A stretch of 64,000 bases of DNA from a virus (lineage: Duplodnaviria > Caudoviricetes), in IMG/VR virus record IMGVR_UViG_3300021387_001758, positions 1 through 64,000 of that record; one strand, given 5' to 3'. Below the pieces are notes generated by a model, which was given only the letters and a program-made list of their open reading frames with translations, was not told the origin of the DNA and did not search any database. Of the stretch, positions 47,005-58,500 are shown one piece after another. Every line of letters starts with the position of its first letter. Within the stretch, counting starts at the first letter, position 1. The translations under genes and the position numbers were made by a program.

Positions 47005-47572
47005 TGGACAAGGCGGCGCAGGTAAAGACACATTTGTAAACTTTTGTAAAGAAGGTGAAAGAGATATTTTTATCCATAACTATTCAATGGTAGATTTTGT
47101 GAAAATGATTGCAAAGGAATGTGAATGGGATGGAGAAAAGACTCAAAAAGCAAGACGTTTTCTTTCTGATCTTAAAGACGCTATGGCGAGATATAATGAT
47201 ATGCCTTTTTATTTCGTAGTAGAAGAGATCGAAAGAGCTTTATATGATTATAGGTCTTATGATATTGATACTAAAGATTTAGTTATCTTTATCCATGCGC
47301 GCGAGCCTGAAGACATTAGAAGATGGGTTAAAGATTTTAAAGCAAAAACACTTTTAATCCATCGTTCAAGTGAAGAGATTTTTAAGAATCATGCCGACCA
47401 AGAAGTATACACGATAGATTATGACTATACGATTGTCAACAACGAAGATTTAGAAAGCTTGAAAAAGAAAGCAAAAGAATTTATTACAAATATCAGAAAA
47501 GAAAATTGGGAAAGTGCAGGATATAATGAATTTTTTGAACTAATGCAGGAAAGGAGATTTGGTAGTAAATGA
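46985..47572 (+). CDS. P-loop nucleotide (dNMP-like) kinase
   Basis: INGQGGAGKDT; start MKIVV at 46985. Confidence 0.75.
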   Translation: MKIVVINGQGGAGKDTFVNFCKEGERDIFIHNYSMVDFVKMIAKECEWDGEKTQKARRFLSDLKDAMARYNDMPFYFVVEEIERALYDYRSYDIDTKDLVIFIHAREPEDIRRWVKDFKAKTLLIHRSSEEIFKNHADQEVYTIDYDYTIVNNEDLESLKKKAKEFITNIRKENWESAGYNEFFELMQERRFGSK

Positions 47573-48663
47573 CAATGATGATTGACGGTATTGATTTTCA
47601 TAATATTGATATTATGAAATATTGGAGTTTTCCTTCTACTTGGGAGCAAGAGAAGAAAAAGAAAACAGTTAATGAAAGAGTTTTCAGCGGCGAGTGGTAC
47701 GGCGCGCTTAAGCGTGATGGAGCGTTTTATAAATTTACCAAAGATATGGATGGCAATATGGAACTGACCGGCCGCAGTAAAAGTGTGAGTGGGGACTATC
47801 TTAATAAGTATGATTGGGTTCCTCATCTTCATAGCTTTTTTGAAAGTCTTCCGAATGGGACTTGCTTTCTTGGAGAACTCTACCTACCAAGTAAAGAAGA
47901 AGCAAAATCCACAACTTCTATAATGAATTGCCTTGTTAATAAGGCAATTAAGCGTCAAGAGAAAGAGCCTCTTCGTTACTATATCTTTGATGTACTTGCC
48001 TGGGGAGGTAAATCTTATATAGACGTTCCGGCTCTGGTTCGTTTCGACCAGCTAAATGAATGTTGGAAAACGTATGGAGAAGACTTCTATGAATGGGCGG
48101 AATATTTTTCTGGAAAAGAATTGTGGCACTGGCTTCAGATGTATTTGGAAAGAGGCTTGGAAGGAATTGTAATTACAAAGGGTGACGCGCCATATCGTCC
48201 TGGTAAGCGCCCATCGAAAGAAACTCTTAAAATTAAGAAAGAGCTTCAAGATACTATTGATTGTATTATAATTGGGGCGAATCCGCCTACAAAAGAATAT
48301 ACTGGTAAAGAGATTGAAAGCTGGGAATATTGGTATAATGAACAGACCAATACAAAGATCAATAAGAATATGTATAAGTCCTACGCTGAGGGCGCGCCAG
48401 TGATTCCAGTTACGAAAAACTGGTATTATGGTTGGGCAGGATCGCTTAAGCTTGGAATGTATAAAGATGGAAAGGTGGTTCAAGTTGGTAATCTTTCCGG
48501 AATAAGTGATGATATTAAAGAGAATTGGAAAGATTATGTAGGTCAGGTTGCGGAAGTAGCTGCGATGGAGATCATGGATACTGGTGGTATCCGACATCCT
48601 AAGTTCGTCCAGTTTAGACCAGACAAAGACCCCAAAGATTGTGTATATGAGAATTTGAAATAA
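47569..48663 (+). CDS. lig: ATP-dependent DNA ligase
   Basis: LKRDG motif I, YIFDVL, EGIVITK, LKIKK, IRHPKF. Confidence 0.85.
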   Translation: MTMMIDGIDFHNIDIMKYWSFPSTWEQEKKKKTVNERVFSGEWYGALKRDGAFYKFTKDMDGNMELTGRSKSVSGDYLNKYDWVPHLHSFFESLPNGTCFLGELYLPSKEEAKSTTSIMNCLVNKAIKRQEKEPLRYYIFDVLAWGGKSYIDVPALVRFDQLNECWKTYGEDFYEWAEYFSGKELWHWLQMYLERGLEGIVITKGDAPYRPGKRPSKETLKIKKELQDTIDCIIIGANPPTKEYTGKEIESWEYWYNEQTNTKINKNMYKSYAEGAPVIPVTKNWYYGWAGSLKLGMYKDGKVVQVGNLSGISDDIKENWKDYVGQVAEVAAMEIMDTGGIRHPKFVQFRPDKDPKDCVYENLK

Positions 48664-48708
48664 AAAAAAAGAGAGGATATAACTCCTCTCTTTTTTATTA
48701 CTCAGTTT

Positions 48709-49035
48709 TTATTCAGTAACTTCGTCTTCTTCCTCTACCTCTGGAAGCTCCACATCATCTAAGTCATCAATGTAGACTGTGTCTCCGCCTTCAATGAGCT
48801 GCTTAAACACCTGATGAAGTCCAGTAGAAGCCAAACCAGTTACTGCGCCGGCGCCAACACTCATAAGAGTAATTTCTTGCTTAGCTACACAACCAAGAAT
48901 AGCACCAAGAACTAACATAATTGTAGGAATCCATTTGTCATCAGCTGGAACCCATTTCTTAAAAACAAATCCCACACAAAGACAAATAACTAATACGATA
49001 GGGATATATAAATCCTTAATAAAACTTAAATCCAT
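48709..49035 (-). CDS. Holin
   Basis: Three hydrophobic segments, GLASTGLHQ; adjacent to endolysin. Confidence 0.8.
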   Translation of the reverse strand: MDLSFIKDLYIPIVLVICLCVGFVFKKWVPADDKWIPTIMLVLGAILGCVAKQEITLMSVGAGAVTGLASTGLHQVFKQLIEGGDTVYIDDLDDVELPEVEEEDEVTE

Positions 49036-49050
49036 TATACTACGCCTCCA

Positions 49051-50007
49051 TTATAACTTTTCTAAAAATCTCGTCTTACCATCAGAACTCTTTACACATA
49101 TAAATCCAGGTTTATTCAACCCTTTTTGCTTTGGAAAGTATGCCCATCTACCACGTTGTTTAGTAGATTTAAGCGTTACTCCTTTAGGTACACCACCAAT
49201 TATATCTGCCTTAGTAGTATAACCCGCTCTAACATTCATGTTTTCTAAAGTTTTATATTTTAAAACTCTTTGTCTATATTTAGAGAAATTTCCTTTATGG
49301 ATGAAATATCCCTTATATTTTCCTTTTGCAATTTTATACCAATTATCGCTATAAGGAATTAAAGTCATTTTCGTATTGAATTTGACTTGTCCAACCTTAT
49401 CAGCTTTTAAACTTGGTTTCTTTCGTACATTTACAACCTTTTTACTTACATAAAGTAAGGCTTTTTTAGAACCTTTAGTTTTCTTTTTCTTATATTGCGC
49501 CGGGTTGATAATCAGCCACTCTTGTCTATCAGCTGCTGCATAAGCAGACCACGGTGCTTTTTGTTGATAGTTAGAATATGAATATGGATCGCTGATATAA
49601 ACTGTTCCATTATCATATCCATAAAGTAAAATGAAGTGGCCGCCATGTGTCCAACGACTAGGTCCTACTAAACCAATAACCCAGTAGCCTTTCTTTAATG
49701 CTGTTTTAGCAGCTTCAGCGCTACCAGTTTGTTCTACATTAGTAATACCACCATGTTTTAAGATGGCTTTAATTCCTGTCCAGTATAAACCAGAATTGGC
49801 TGTCATATACCCATTCTGACAAGCCCATTTGAAGGTAGTTTTAGGTGTCCAAGTTGAATGAGTCAGCGCGCTGATGACGTTTACGCATGAGGTTGGCCCG
49901 CAACCAGATCCACCAATTGTTGGCCTACCTCCGCTTACTGGATAGGAATATGATGCCCATCGAGGGTCAATTTGTTTATAAAAGTTTGGTTTCATCATAT
50001 ATCCCAT
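49051..50007 (-). CDS. Endolysin (peptidase C39-like domain plus SH3b-like repeats)
   Basis: QIDPRW...GCGPTS...GGHFILL; VNVRKKPS, MNVRAG. Confidence 0.8.
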   Translation of the reverse strand: MGYMMKPNFYKQIDPRWASYSYPVSGGRPTIGGSGCGPTSCVNVISALTHSTWTPKTTFKWACQNGYMTANSGLYWTGIKAILKHGGITNVEQTGSAEAAKTALKKGYWVIGLVGPSRWTHGGHFILLYGYDNGTVYISDPYSYSNYQQKAPWSAYAAADRQEWLIINPAQYKKKKTKGSKKALLYVSKKVVNVRKKPSLKADKVGQVKFNTKMTLIPYSDNWYKIAKGKYKGYFIHKGNFSKYRQRVLKYKTLENMNVRAGYTTKADIIGGVPKGVTLKSTKQRGRWAYFPKQKGLNKPGFICVKSSDGKTRFLEKL

Positions 50008-50015
50008 TCATCTCC

Positions 50016-50606
50016 TTATTCAAGAATTTTCCATATGTGAGTAACTTCACCACTTAGAGCTGGAGTATAATTCATATCTCCCATTACTCGGCAATCGTTA
50101 TTAATGTAATTAACATCAACTAAGATTTCAAGTAAATTACCATAAGGATCAAGCCACCCTTCCCCATATAAAGTGTCGCAATATTTCTTCTGATCTGCAA
50201 TAATGCATTTGACCTTTTTGTCACCTATTTGGATAATGAATTTGTCGCCTACCGCGCCGTAGCTCTGTCCAAGAGCTATGCAAATGTAGTCGCCATAACG
50301 AAGAATACCATCGTCGCCTACCCAACCACTACGAGTTATTGCCCATTGAGGACTTGATGTATCGGTAATTGCGTGATAGTCCATCCATAGTTTTTGGGAG
50401 GTTATATTGTAGAGAGGAAGCTCTTCTACGTTTAGATTTCTTTCATGTTCTTTTACTATTTTAGATGTTTCTTTTAAGGTTTTTTTGGCATGATCTGTTA
50501 CCGCGCTGATTAGCATATCGGCTTCCGCAGCATAGGTGAAATTTGGCAGAAACATTAGTATTACAATAACGGGTATTAATGTTTTTTTCTTGAAAAAATT
50601 TCGCAT
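50016..50606 (-). CDS. Secreted cell-wall-active protein candidate (3D/DPBB-like)
   Basis: Signal-peptide-like N-terminus; ICIALGQSYGAVGDKF...IIAD...EILVD. Confidence 0.45.
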   Translation of the reverse strand: MRNFFKKKTLIPVIVILMFLPNFTYAAEADMLISAVTDHAKKTLKETSKIVKEHERNLNVEELPLYNITSQKLWMDYHAITDTSSPQWAITRSGWVGDDGILRYGDYICIALGQSYGAVGDKFIIQIGDKKVKCIIADQKKYCDTLYGEGWLDPYGNLLEILVDVNYINNDCRVMGDMNYTPALSGEVTHIWKILE

Positions 50607-50617
50607 ATAAACTCCTT

Positions 50618-51124
50618 TTATTTAATTCTAACGGCTTTTAATGTCCCAGATCGATCTGAAGTATTTGTACTAGGTAACATAGTACTTGATGCGGCTAAAG
50701 TACACCAAGTATTTTTAGTAACAATTTGTATATCTTGAACTGGAATTACCGCCCACCAACTATTACTCATATGGAAACGTGTTAACGTAAGCGGAGTAGT
50801 CAATGCCTGTTCTTGATTTCCAAAATATAATCTCGCACACAGCCCTCTTGTTCCACTAGTTCCACCACTTCTAAAAGCCACACGACCAGAAAGAATCCAT
50901 ACTCCTGGAGTCAATAATATAGAAGGACCTGCAACATAACTATCTAAATCTGCAGTGATAATATTTATGTCTCTTTTATCTGTTAACATCTCTCCAATTG
51001 GACCAGAATGACTAGCTAAATATAAATCTCCCTCTTTCGTGAGTTGAAAAGTTGGGTTTGCGATAGATGGCTTTTCATTGGTAAGATCTATAGAGGCTGT
51101 TTTTGTATTAGTAATGGTACTCAT
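50618..51124 (-). CDS. Tail fibre/tip-associated protein
   Basis: 168 aa beta-rich; LTPGVWILSGRV. Confidence 0.45.
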   Translation of the reverse strand: MSTITNTKTASIDLTNEKPSIANPTFQLTKEGDLYLASHSGPIGEMLTDKRDINIITADLDSYVAGPSILLTPGVWILSGRVAFRSGGTSGTRGLCARLYFGNQEQALTTPLTLTRFHMSNSWWAVIPVQDIQIVTKNTWCTLAASSTMLPSTNTSDRSGTLKAVRIK

Positions 51125-51139
51125 TTTCTCCCCCTTAAT

Positions 51140-53452
51140 TTAAACTGAATCTTTAATTGTATGGTTTACCGCTATTTTTTTATTAGCAGCTGCATCAAAA
51201 ACACTTTCATCTATTTTAAAGTTAATTCGATAAGCCTTTCTATTTGATTCTAAAATTTCTATAGGATCAATTATTATATCGCGTGTTATTGTTTGGTCAT
51301 TAAATTCAACTGAAAAATTGTCAATCCAACCGCTAGGTATATTATTTTTAAATATAACTGCTGTTATAGTAATAGATAATGTTGTTCCATTAGGAGAGAA
51401 TATACCGTTTGAATCAACTCGTTTTATAGAATTTAAACCAACAGTTGGGGTCCCGGTACTAAAAGCATTATAATGTAAGTAAGGACTAGAATTAATTATA
51501 AAATACCATCCTCTTGGAATGGACCGTCCTTTCAAAACAAGTGAATTATATGGATCAATTATGTATATATGATTATTTATATCCAAAAACATATTTTCAT
51601 AAGCTATAGCGTCCTGTTCTGTACTGTCGATATAAATATTTCCTTTTAAATTAATACATCCTGCAAACGTATATTGTAAATGCGCAGCTTTTATAACAAA
51701 ATTTGCAGGTAAATTTTCTAATTTTTTACAATTATAAAACATATAATCCATATTAACTACGTGCGATGTATCAAAATTAGTTAAGTTAAATGATAAGTTC
51801 TGACAGTTATAAAACATATATTGCATACGATAAGCACTAGATGTATTAAAGTTACCTAAATTTAGTTCTGTTAAATTTTCGCAGTTATAAAATACATAGA
51901 TCATGTCAACCATTGATGCCGTATTAAAATTACTTATATTTAACTTTACTAAATTTATACAATTATAAAACATAAAAGATATGTCACCTACATTAGTAAA
52001 ATTGCTTAAGTCTAATTCTGTTAAACCTAAACAAGAATAAAACATATTATTTGCAAGTTCAACATTAGATGTGTCAAAATTACTTAAATCTAACTCTGTC
52101 AAACTTTGGCAATCCTTAAACATATTATTCATATATTCAACATTAGATGTCCTAAAACTACTAATGTTTAAAGTAATTAAATTTATACAGCCCTCAAATA
52201 GATAGCTCATATCAGTAACATTAGATGTATTAAAATTACTTAAGTCCAATTCTGTCAAACTTTGACAGCTATTAAACATTTCACACATACTAGTAACATT
52301 AGATGTGTCAAAAGAACTTAAATTTAATTCCTTCAAATCTGTACAACACGCAAATACTCCGTCCATTCCATAAACATTAGATGTATCTAAATTATCTAAG
52401 TTATAAATTTTTTCTAAAGACCAACAATTTGAAAACAGGTAATCTATACTATAATCATTTAATGGGGCTTTGGTAGTTTTTTCAAAATAAAGATGTAAAG
52501 ATTCTTCTTTTGGATCAGTTACTATTTTAAGCTCTCCACGTTCATACTCATAATATGTTTTTTCTTCATCTATTTCAGAATCTAAAGTTAAAATATATTT
52601 TGCTCCTAACTGTATTTCTACTAAACTCATACACCCTTCAAATGTATTCTGCGCGTGAGTCAAGGAAGATAAGTTTGAATTTGATAAAAAAGGTACGTTA
52701 TGTAAATTTTGACAATTATAAAACATTTCACTCATATGGATTAAATAATCAAAATATATATCTGTATCTACGCTATATAGATTAGTACAACCAGAGAACA
52801 TACCTGTAGTATACATAACGTCATTTCGTGGCTCTTCCTGCCGAAAAATTAGATCTCTTAAACCTGTACAATTTTCAAACATATAAGAAACATCTGTTAT
52901 TCCAGGTTGAATAATATTAATCAATTCTAATTCGTGGTCTTCTAGATATGAATAAATGGAGTCTTCAATAATAGATCCACTAAATAGATGACTTAGCGAA
53001 GTAGCTTCAGACCAATCTATATTTTCTAATCCCATCATTTTTCCTTGCTCTACAGTAGAAAAACTATTCATTCCACTAAAGGTTCTGGCAGTAACAACTT
53101 GTGACAATCCTGAGAAAAGACATTTCATATCACCTATTGCTTTAATAGGCATATCATTTTCTCCCAATTCTGCAAAAACTTCTTTAATAGAAGAACTATA
53201 AAGTTGCCATGGAAAATATACTGTTGATAGTACAGTATGATTAATATCACCTTGTGGTAATTTACCATAGTCTTCTGAGTTAATTGGCTGCCTACTTGGT
53301 AACATACCTAAATTTTGGTCACCTAAGTCTTTAGATATTAAATTATGTTGGGTTGTCCTATCGTAATCACTACTCTTAATCGGGCGAAGCACTAAACGAC
53401 CCGTATCAGAAATCGACCACCGTACTCCGCCCCAAGCTCCATAATCTATCAT
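51140..53452 (-). CDS. BspA/DUF285-type leucine-rich-repeat protein (putative adhesin)
   Basis: Tandem LTELDLSNFDTSNVTxMxxMFxxC repeats. Confidence 0.85.
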   Translation of the reverse strand: MIDYGAWGGVRWSISDTGRLVLRPIKSSDYDRTTQHNLISKDLGDQNLGMLPSRQPINSEDYGKLPQGDINHTVLSTVYFPWQLYSSSIKEVFAELGENDMPIKAIGDMKCLFSGLSQVVTARTFSGMNSFSTVEQGKMMGLENIDWSEATSLSHLFSGSIIEDSIYSYLEDHELELINIIQPGITDVSYMFENCTGLRDLIFRQEEPRNDVMYTTGMFSGCTNLYSVDTDIYFDYLIHMSEMFYNCQNLHNVPFLSNSNLSSLTHAQNTFEGCMSLVEIQLGAKYILTLDSEIDEEKTYYEYERGELKIVTDPKEESLHLYFEKTTKAPLNDYSIDYLFSNCWSLEKIYNLDNLDTSNVYGMDGVFACCTDLKELNLSSFDTSNVTSMCEMFNSCQSLTELDLSNFNTSNVTDMSYLFEGCINLITLNISSFRTSNVEYMNNMFKDCQSLTELDLSNFDTSNVELANNMFYSCLGLTELDLSNFTNVGDISFMFYNCINLVKLNISNFNTASMVDMIYVFYNCENLTELNLGNFNTSSAYRMQYMFYNCQNLSFNLTNFDTSHVVNMDYMFYNCKKLENLPANFVIKAAHLQYTFAGCINLKGNIYIDSTEQDAIAYENMFLDINNHIYIIDPYNSLVLKGRSIPRGWYFIINSSPYLHYNAFSTGTPTVGLNSIKRVDSNGIFSPNGTTLSITITAVIFKNNIPSGWIDNFSVEFNDQTITRDIIIDPIEILESNRKAYRINFKIDESVFDAAANKKIAVNHTIKDSV

Positions 53453-55549
53453 TTAACTTTCCTCCTCTTCTGCGCCCATATAGAAAAATGAAATTGTACC
53501 AGTATCGTTTTGTTGTATAAACCAATCTTTTAGGAAAATACTTCCATCTCTATTAAGAACTATATTTTTACTTTGATCTTTAATAATAAAATTACCACTA
53601 AGCTCTACTTCATTTTCTTGTATTTCTTCGGCTTTAGTATCTGATAAATCTTCAATCGGTTGGAAAATACCAATTCTATCTCCATTAGCTGAAAAATCTA
53701 TTGTGAAAACTGCACGAGAAATAAAATCGGTTAAATTAATAGCATTTCCAGTTAAATCAATAGTATAATCGTTACTAACTTTTTTAGCTTCACCATTAAT
53801 TATTATATCATATTTAGTATCTAAATCAAAAATATTTCTGGCAGCATCAACATCATTTTCATTATCAGTTACCCAACCTTTTTCAATAGAAAGATTCGAG
53901 TCAGTAAAAGTCATGGTAAAAGTTTTTGTTAAATCACTGGAAATTGCTTTAACTTCATAAGTGGGATCAATATAATTGATTATTGGACTTTGATATACTT
54001 CTTCTCCAGTTGTTTCATTAGTAGTATATAAATACTTAAAAATATATGGCGCGCCTTCTATAAATAATCGTATTAAGGCACTTGTGCCAGTGTCATTTTG
54101 TTTATAAGTCCATGTACCCGCATCTTCTATAGCATCTGCTCTTACTATATTATTTGAAGTTATATTTAAAAGCTGCGACCCAGTCCATACTGGGTTAATT
54201 GTTAAATTTTTAGCTGGCATTTTATCGTTCAGCTCAATAGTTTCACCACTATCAGTATCCCATATTTGCCATTCTTTTAAGCTATAATGAGAATAATAAG
54301 CATTATCATTAATTTGTTCATAATATTGTGATAAATTAGCTTTTATTGGAACAGAGACAACTTCATAACTATCACTACTTTCGTTATAAATGTAATAAGT
54401 TTTAGAACTATCAACTTCAGTATCAGAAGTTTTATTATATATAACATTTAAAACTTTTATATAATTTATAATAGGATAATTTGGCAAAAAAGTTATAGGA
54501 GTATTATAACTCCATGAAAATTGATTTGTACTAAAATTTTCAATAGGGGGATAATTTATACATCTATTCCCATCTCGATGTGGATCATCAACAGTTATGA
54601 TAAAATCTTTCTGCCAAATAGCCTTTAGAGTAATTGATTCAGTAGAATTGGCTACATTTATCGTGTCTCCTGGTTTATATTTTACATTTCCTTCTGTTCT
54701 TAACCAATACATAAAAGCATATTCTTCATCTTCGTATACTCGCGCGGGAGTTGTGATTGGTATTGTATAAGAAGAAGTATATTTTCTAGTTCCATTTGGT
54801 GGTATATTGGATGTACCGTCACCATTCGCATCAAATGTTACTGGATAAGAATTTTCAGACCAGTTGGCTGTTAAAGTCCTAGATGTGTTGCCGAGTATAT
54901 TATTTGGTATAGTATTATTAGCAACGTATTTATTTGTACCTAACGTCCAATTTTGAAAAGTATACCCCATTTTCGTTGGTGTCGCATTAGATGGTATTGT
55001 ATAAGAATAATCATAATAATATGAACCAGAGGTAATTGCTGTCGCTCCCGCGCCACTATTATATGTTATTGCATACTTTGGCCTTGCTGGAATAGTTATT
55101 GTTGCATTTGAAGTAACAGAAAAGGTTTCTGTAGCTCCAAGACCAGATACATTACCACCAGAAGATATACTATATGTATCAAAATGACCACTAACTGTTT
55201 GAGAAAAACTAAGTACAATATCGGAAGTTCCTCTGGTATAGGTATGAGTATGTTTACTGTATGGACCATACGTATAAGTATGGGTCTTAGTATCGTCAAA
55301 ACCTTTAGCAGAATATGTTCCATTCTGCATATAATAGTTTCCCTTACTATCTTTAACATTGGCTGTTAGTTTTTTATGCTCCATTATATGTCTAGTAGTA
55401 CCGGATCTTTTAGTGGTATGTACCTCATATCCATTCTGAACAGTTACCGTTCTTGTGGTATTTGTGGTTTCTGTTACAGTAAATACTATAAACGCTCTAA
55501 TTTTTATATTTGTCGTTAAAGTTTTCCAATTTCCATAACTTGTTGCCAT
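53453..55549 (-). CDS. Tail-associated protein with InlB B-repeat-like domains
   Basis: YAITYNSG...PTKMGYTFQNW; VTFDANG...TLKAIW. Confidence 0.7.
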   Translation of the reverse strand: MATSYGNWKTLTTNIKIRAFIVFTVTETTNTTRTVTVQNGYEVHTTKRSGTTRHIMEHKKLTANVKDSKGNYYMQNGTYSAKGFDDTKTHTYTYGPYSKHTHTYTRGTSDIVLSFSQTVSGHFDTYSISSGGNVSGLGATETFSVTSNATITIPARPKYAITYNSGAGATAITSGSYYYDYSYTIPSNATPTKMGYTFQNWTLGTNKYVANNTIPNNILGNTSRTLTANWSENSYPVTFDANGDGTSNIPPNGTRKYTSSYTIPITTPARVYEDEEYAFMYWLRTEGNVKYKPGDTINVANSTESITLKAIWQKDFIITVDDPHRDGNRCINYPPIENFSTNQFSWSYNTPITFLPNYPIINYIKVLNVIYNKTSDTEVDSSKTYYIYNESSDSYEVVSVPIKANLSQYYEQINDNAYYSHYSLKEWQIWDTDSGETIELNDKMPAKNLTINPVWTGSQLLNITSNNIVRADAIEDAGTWTYKQNDTGTSALIRLFIEGAPYIFKYLYTTNETTGEEVYQSPIINYIDPTYEVKAISSDLTKTFTMTFTDSNLSIEKGWVTDNENDVDAARNIFDLDTKYDIIINGEAKKVSNDYTIDLTGNAINLTDFISRAVFTIDFSANGDRIGIFQPIEDLSDTKAEEIQENEVELSGNFIIKDQSKNIVLNRDGSIFLKDWFIQQNDTGTISFFYMGAEEEES

Positions 55550-55562
55550 ACCTTTTCTCCTT

Positions 55563-58500
55563 TTACCTTATATTTTTAATAGTCAAATGACCATTGTCTC
55601 TTGCATATATAATCAAATTACCGGTTCCATTTTCTTCATCCGGACGTTTTGCTGCCTCATATCTTGGATAAGCGTTAGAGAAATATAAATCATCACTATT
55701 TAATGATGTTGCATTTACCCAAGTGTGAGCAAATTCAGTTTCTACTTCCGTATTAAAGAATTCAATTCTATCGGCTGTTAAATTAACATAACTTTGAAGT
55801 ACCGGTTTCTCCGCGCCTTCAGGGGTTATCCCCTTAAATAACCTTACGTATTCGGGTTTTATTTCTATTGCGGCGTTAATTTCTCCCGCAGTTTCCACAA
55901 CATTATTTATTTGTGTTATTAAAGATCCCTTTACTAAATCTTCTTCTCCACCAATAATGTCAATATCCTTAACTCTAATTGCTAGTGTTTTGTTACCATT
56001 ATTAGTGTAATAAGCTATATATTGCTCATCATTACCAAGGTACATATTATCTGTAAATATACCTTGGGTTCCGCGCATATAATTATAAATATCATCATTG
56101 ACTTTATTTTCCGGTTGAGTTGTCATATCTGGTAATGTACCAAATACGCCCTTATAATTGAGTCCTACACCTTGAAAGCGATCTTCGTCAATATTTCCTT
56201 CATATTCAAAAAGAGTAATAGCTTTTTCTGGCGCCATTGTATCGCTATTAGAACTATTAATAGCAATCCCATAATTATCTGATACGGTTGAAGTTTCAAA
56301 GTCAAAGTGCGCTAATGAGACAATAGCTGAACCTATTATATCTTCAAAAACCACTGGCTGTAAAGCCTTCTCATAGTAAGATTGAATATATTCAATGCTG
56401 GGTTCTGAAACTAAATCATAAGTTTGGGTTTCATTATTATAAATATAATATTCTTTTCCCTCAACGATAGTTTCATCTTCGGTCTTAATATATCCATCAA
56501 TACCTAATTCAAAACCTTCTAAAATATAATGACCATCTTCTTTTATTAATGTATAATAGCCACCATCATAACCTAATTTACAATAATCTCCAGAGTTAAA
56601 TATATCAGGATTTTCTATAATAACTTCTGTACCTACAACATCACCATTATGATAAGATCCTACAATATCTTTAATCGTAGAGCTTGGTCTAACAACTACT
56701 ATACCACCAATAGCATTTATTTCTTCATATTCAAATACTGCTGCCTTAATCGAACCTTTAATGCTTACATTATTAAATACAGCATTACCGTCATCATCAG
56801 TTTTAAATACTTCTAAATCAGCATCATTTCTAATTGACATTCCATAGCGAGTAGGGTAGTGGTCCTCATCGAATTCTAACGCACCAATCTTAATTTTAGT
56901 TATCTCATCATTCGGTCCTAAAACTTTAACTACTCTAATGTCATTATCTTTAGAAATTGAAACATAGCCGCCAAGCTGTTTTACTAATTCATAATAACTA
57001 TCTATTTCACTTTGCTTATATGGTTTTTGAACAGGAACATATTGATTATCACTATTTAATTGATAATAGGTTTTCGAATCATCTGGTGCAGCATCAGAAG
57101 TTTTCTCATATATATCTTTAGTATAAGAATTTCTAATAAAGAATCCATTCCAAGTTAGTCCAAATGAAGCTTCATTTTCAATATCTTCCGGCGAAGATGG
57201 CACGAAGTCAAGATTATTATCAATCCCATATAAACCATATTTATCTAATCTAACATAGGTTGATAAATCATACAAATTATCATCTTCTGTTCTTTCATAA
57301 TAATTTGCTATATCTTCATCTTTTGGGTTCTCAACTGGAACATATTCTTCCCCATCTTGTTCATAATAGGTCTTAGATGGATTAACTGTTTGGTCCGTAG
57401 TTTTGGTATAAACATAATTCTCACTTTGATCAAATGAATAAGCTGTAATACCATCCTTATCCCATCTAAATGAAGGGTAATTCCCATCCATTATATTGAT
57501 AGTACCAGCATCAATAATACCAGCCTTTATATATTTAATATCAATACCATCTGGTGAAACGATTGTGCGCCATGTGACTCCTGCATCTTCTGAAACCATT
57601 AACCCTTTCGGACTTAACTTCATTTGATTAATAGTTCTAGTAATATCAGTAACTACAATACCATCTCTATCAACATAAGCCGCGCCAATGGCAGAAATAC
57701 CAAATCTTGAACCACTAATATTATTTAAAGAAGCTGTAAGTAAGTTTGAATTAATCAATCCATTACTATCCAACATACTGGCCGCGCGCTGATAAGCTCC
57801 TTGGTTATATTCAACCGATTGAACTGCCGCGCCAATGCGTTGGAACAAATCTTCAAATTGTGTTTTATAATTTTGAATTGTAATTTGATTTTCTTCGGGT
57901 TGATCTAAGTTCCAAACAACCTCAGAAACAATTACCTCTTCCTTAATCGGGGTTTTTAATCCACTTTGTAGGGTCCAACCAAAGAATTCTGTATCTTCGA
58001 TATAAGTTTTATCTCCTACATCGAATAAATAATTCTCTAATCCTTCTAACTCGCTAACCTCAACTACATTAATCGTATAAGTAACTTTCGGCTGCGCGCT
58101 AGTATTAGAAACTTGTAACGCATCGAGGTAATATAAATTATTATCCACGTAGTCTTCAGAAGTCCAAGTTCCTTCTTGAATAAAACGCCCATATTTTTCA
58201 AAAAAGTTTTTCTCTAACGCATCTTTCTCTTTTTGTTTTTCTTCTATTTGAGCTTTAATACTTTCATTATCTGTTTCAGTATTTGGTAATAAGTAGAAAA
58301 GGTGTGCTTGATTTGCGGCTAAATTTACAGTACCATTTATAACCTTATCCTTCTTACCATCATATATCTTATATTTACTACTTAATATATCACTTAATTG
58401 GAACTCAACCTGGCAAGGACCAGTAAGATCTGTATAAGAATAGGTTTTATTAGATAAATTTAACTTAGCTATTTTTGTAGTCGTCCCATTGGTTAAAGTA

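Noticed and set aside
51140-53452. Diversity-generating retroelement acting on the LRR/tail genes
   Set aside because: No reverse transcriptase and no adenine-variant TR/VR pair seen; the repeats are ordinary LRR units.
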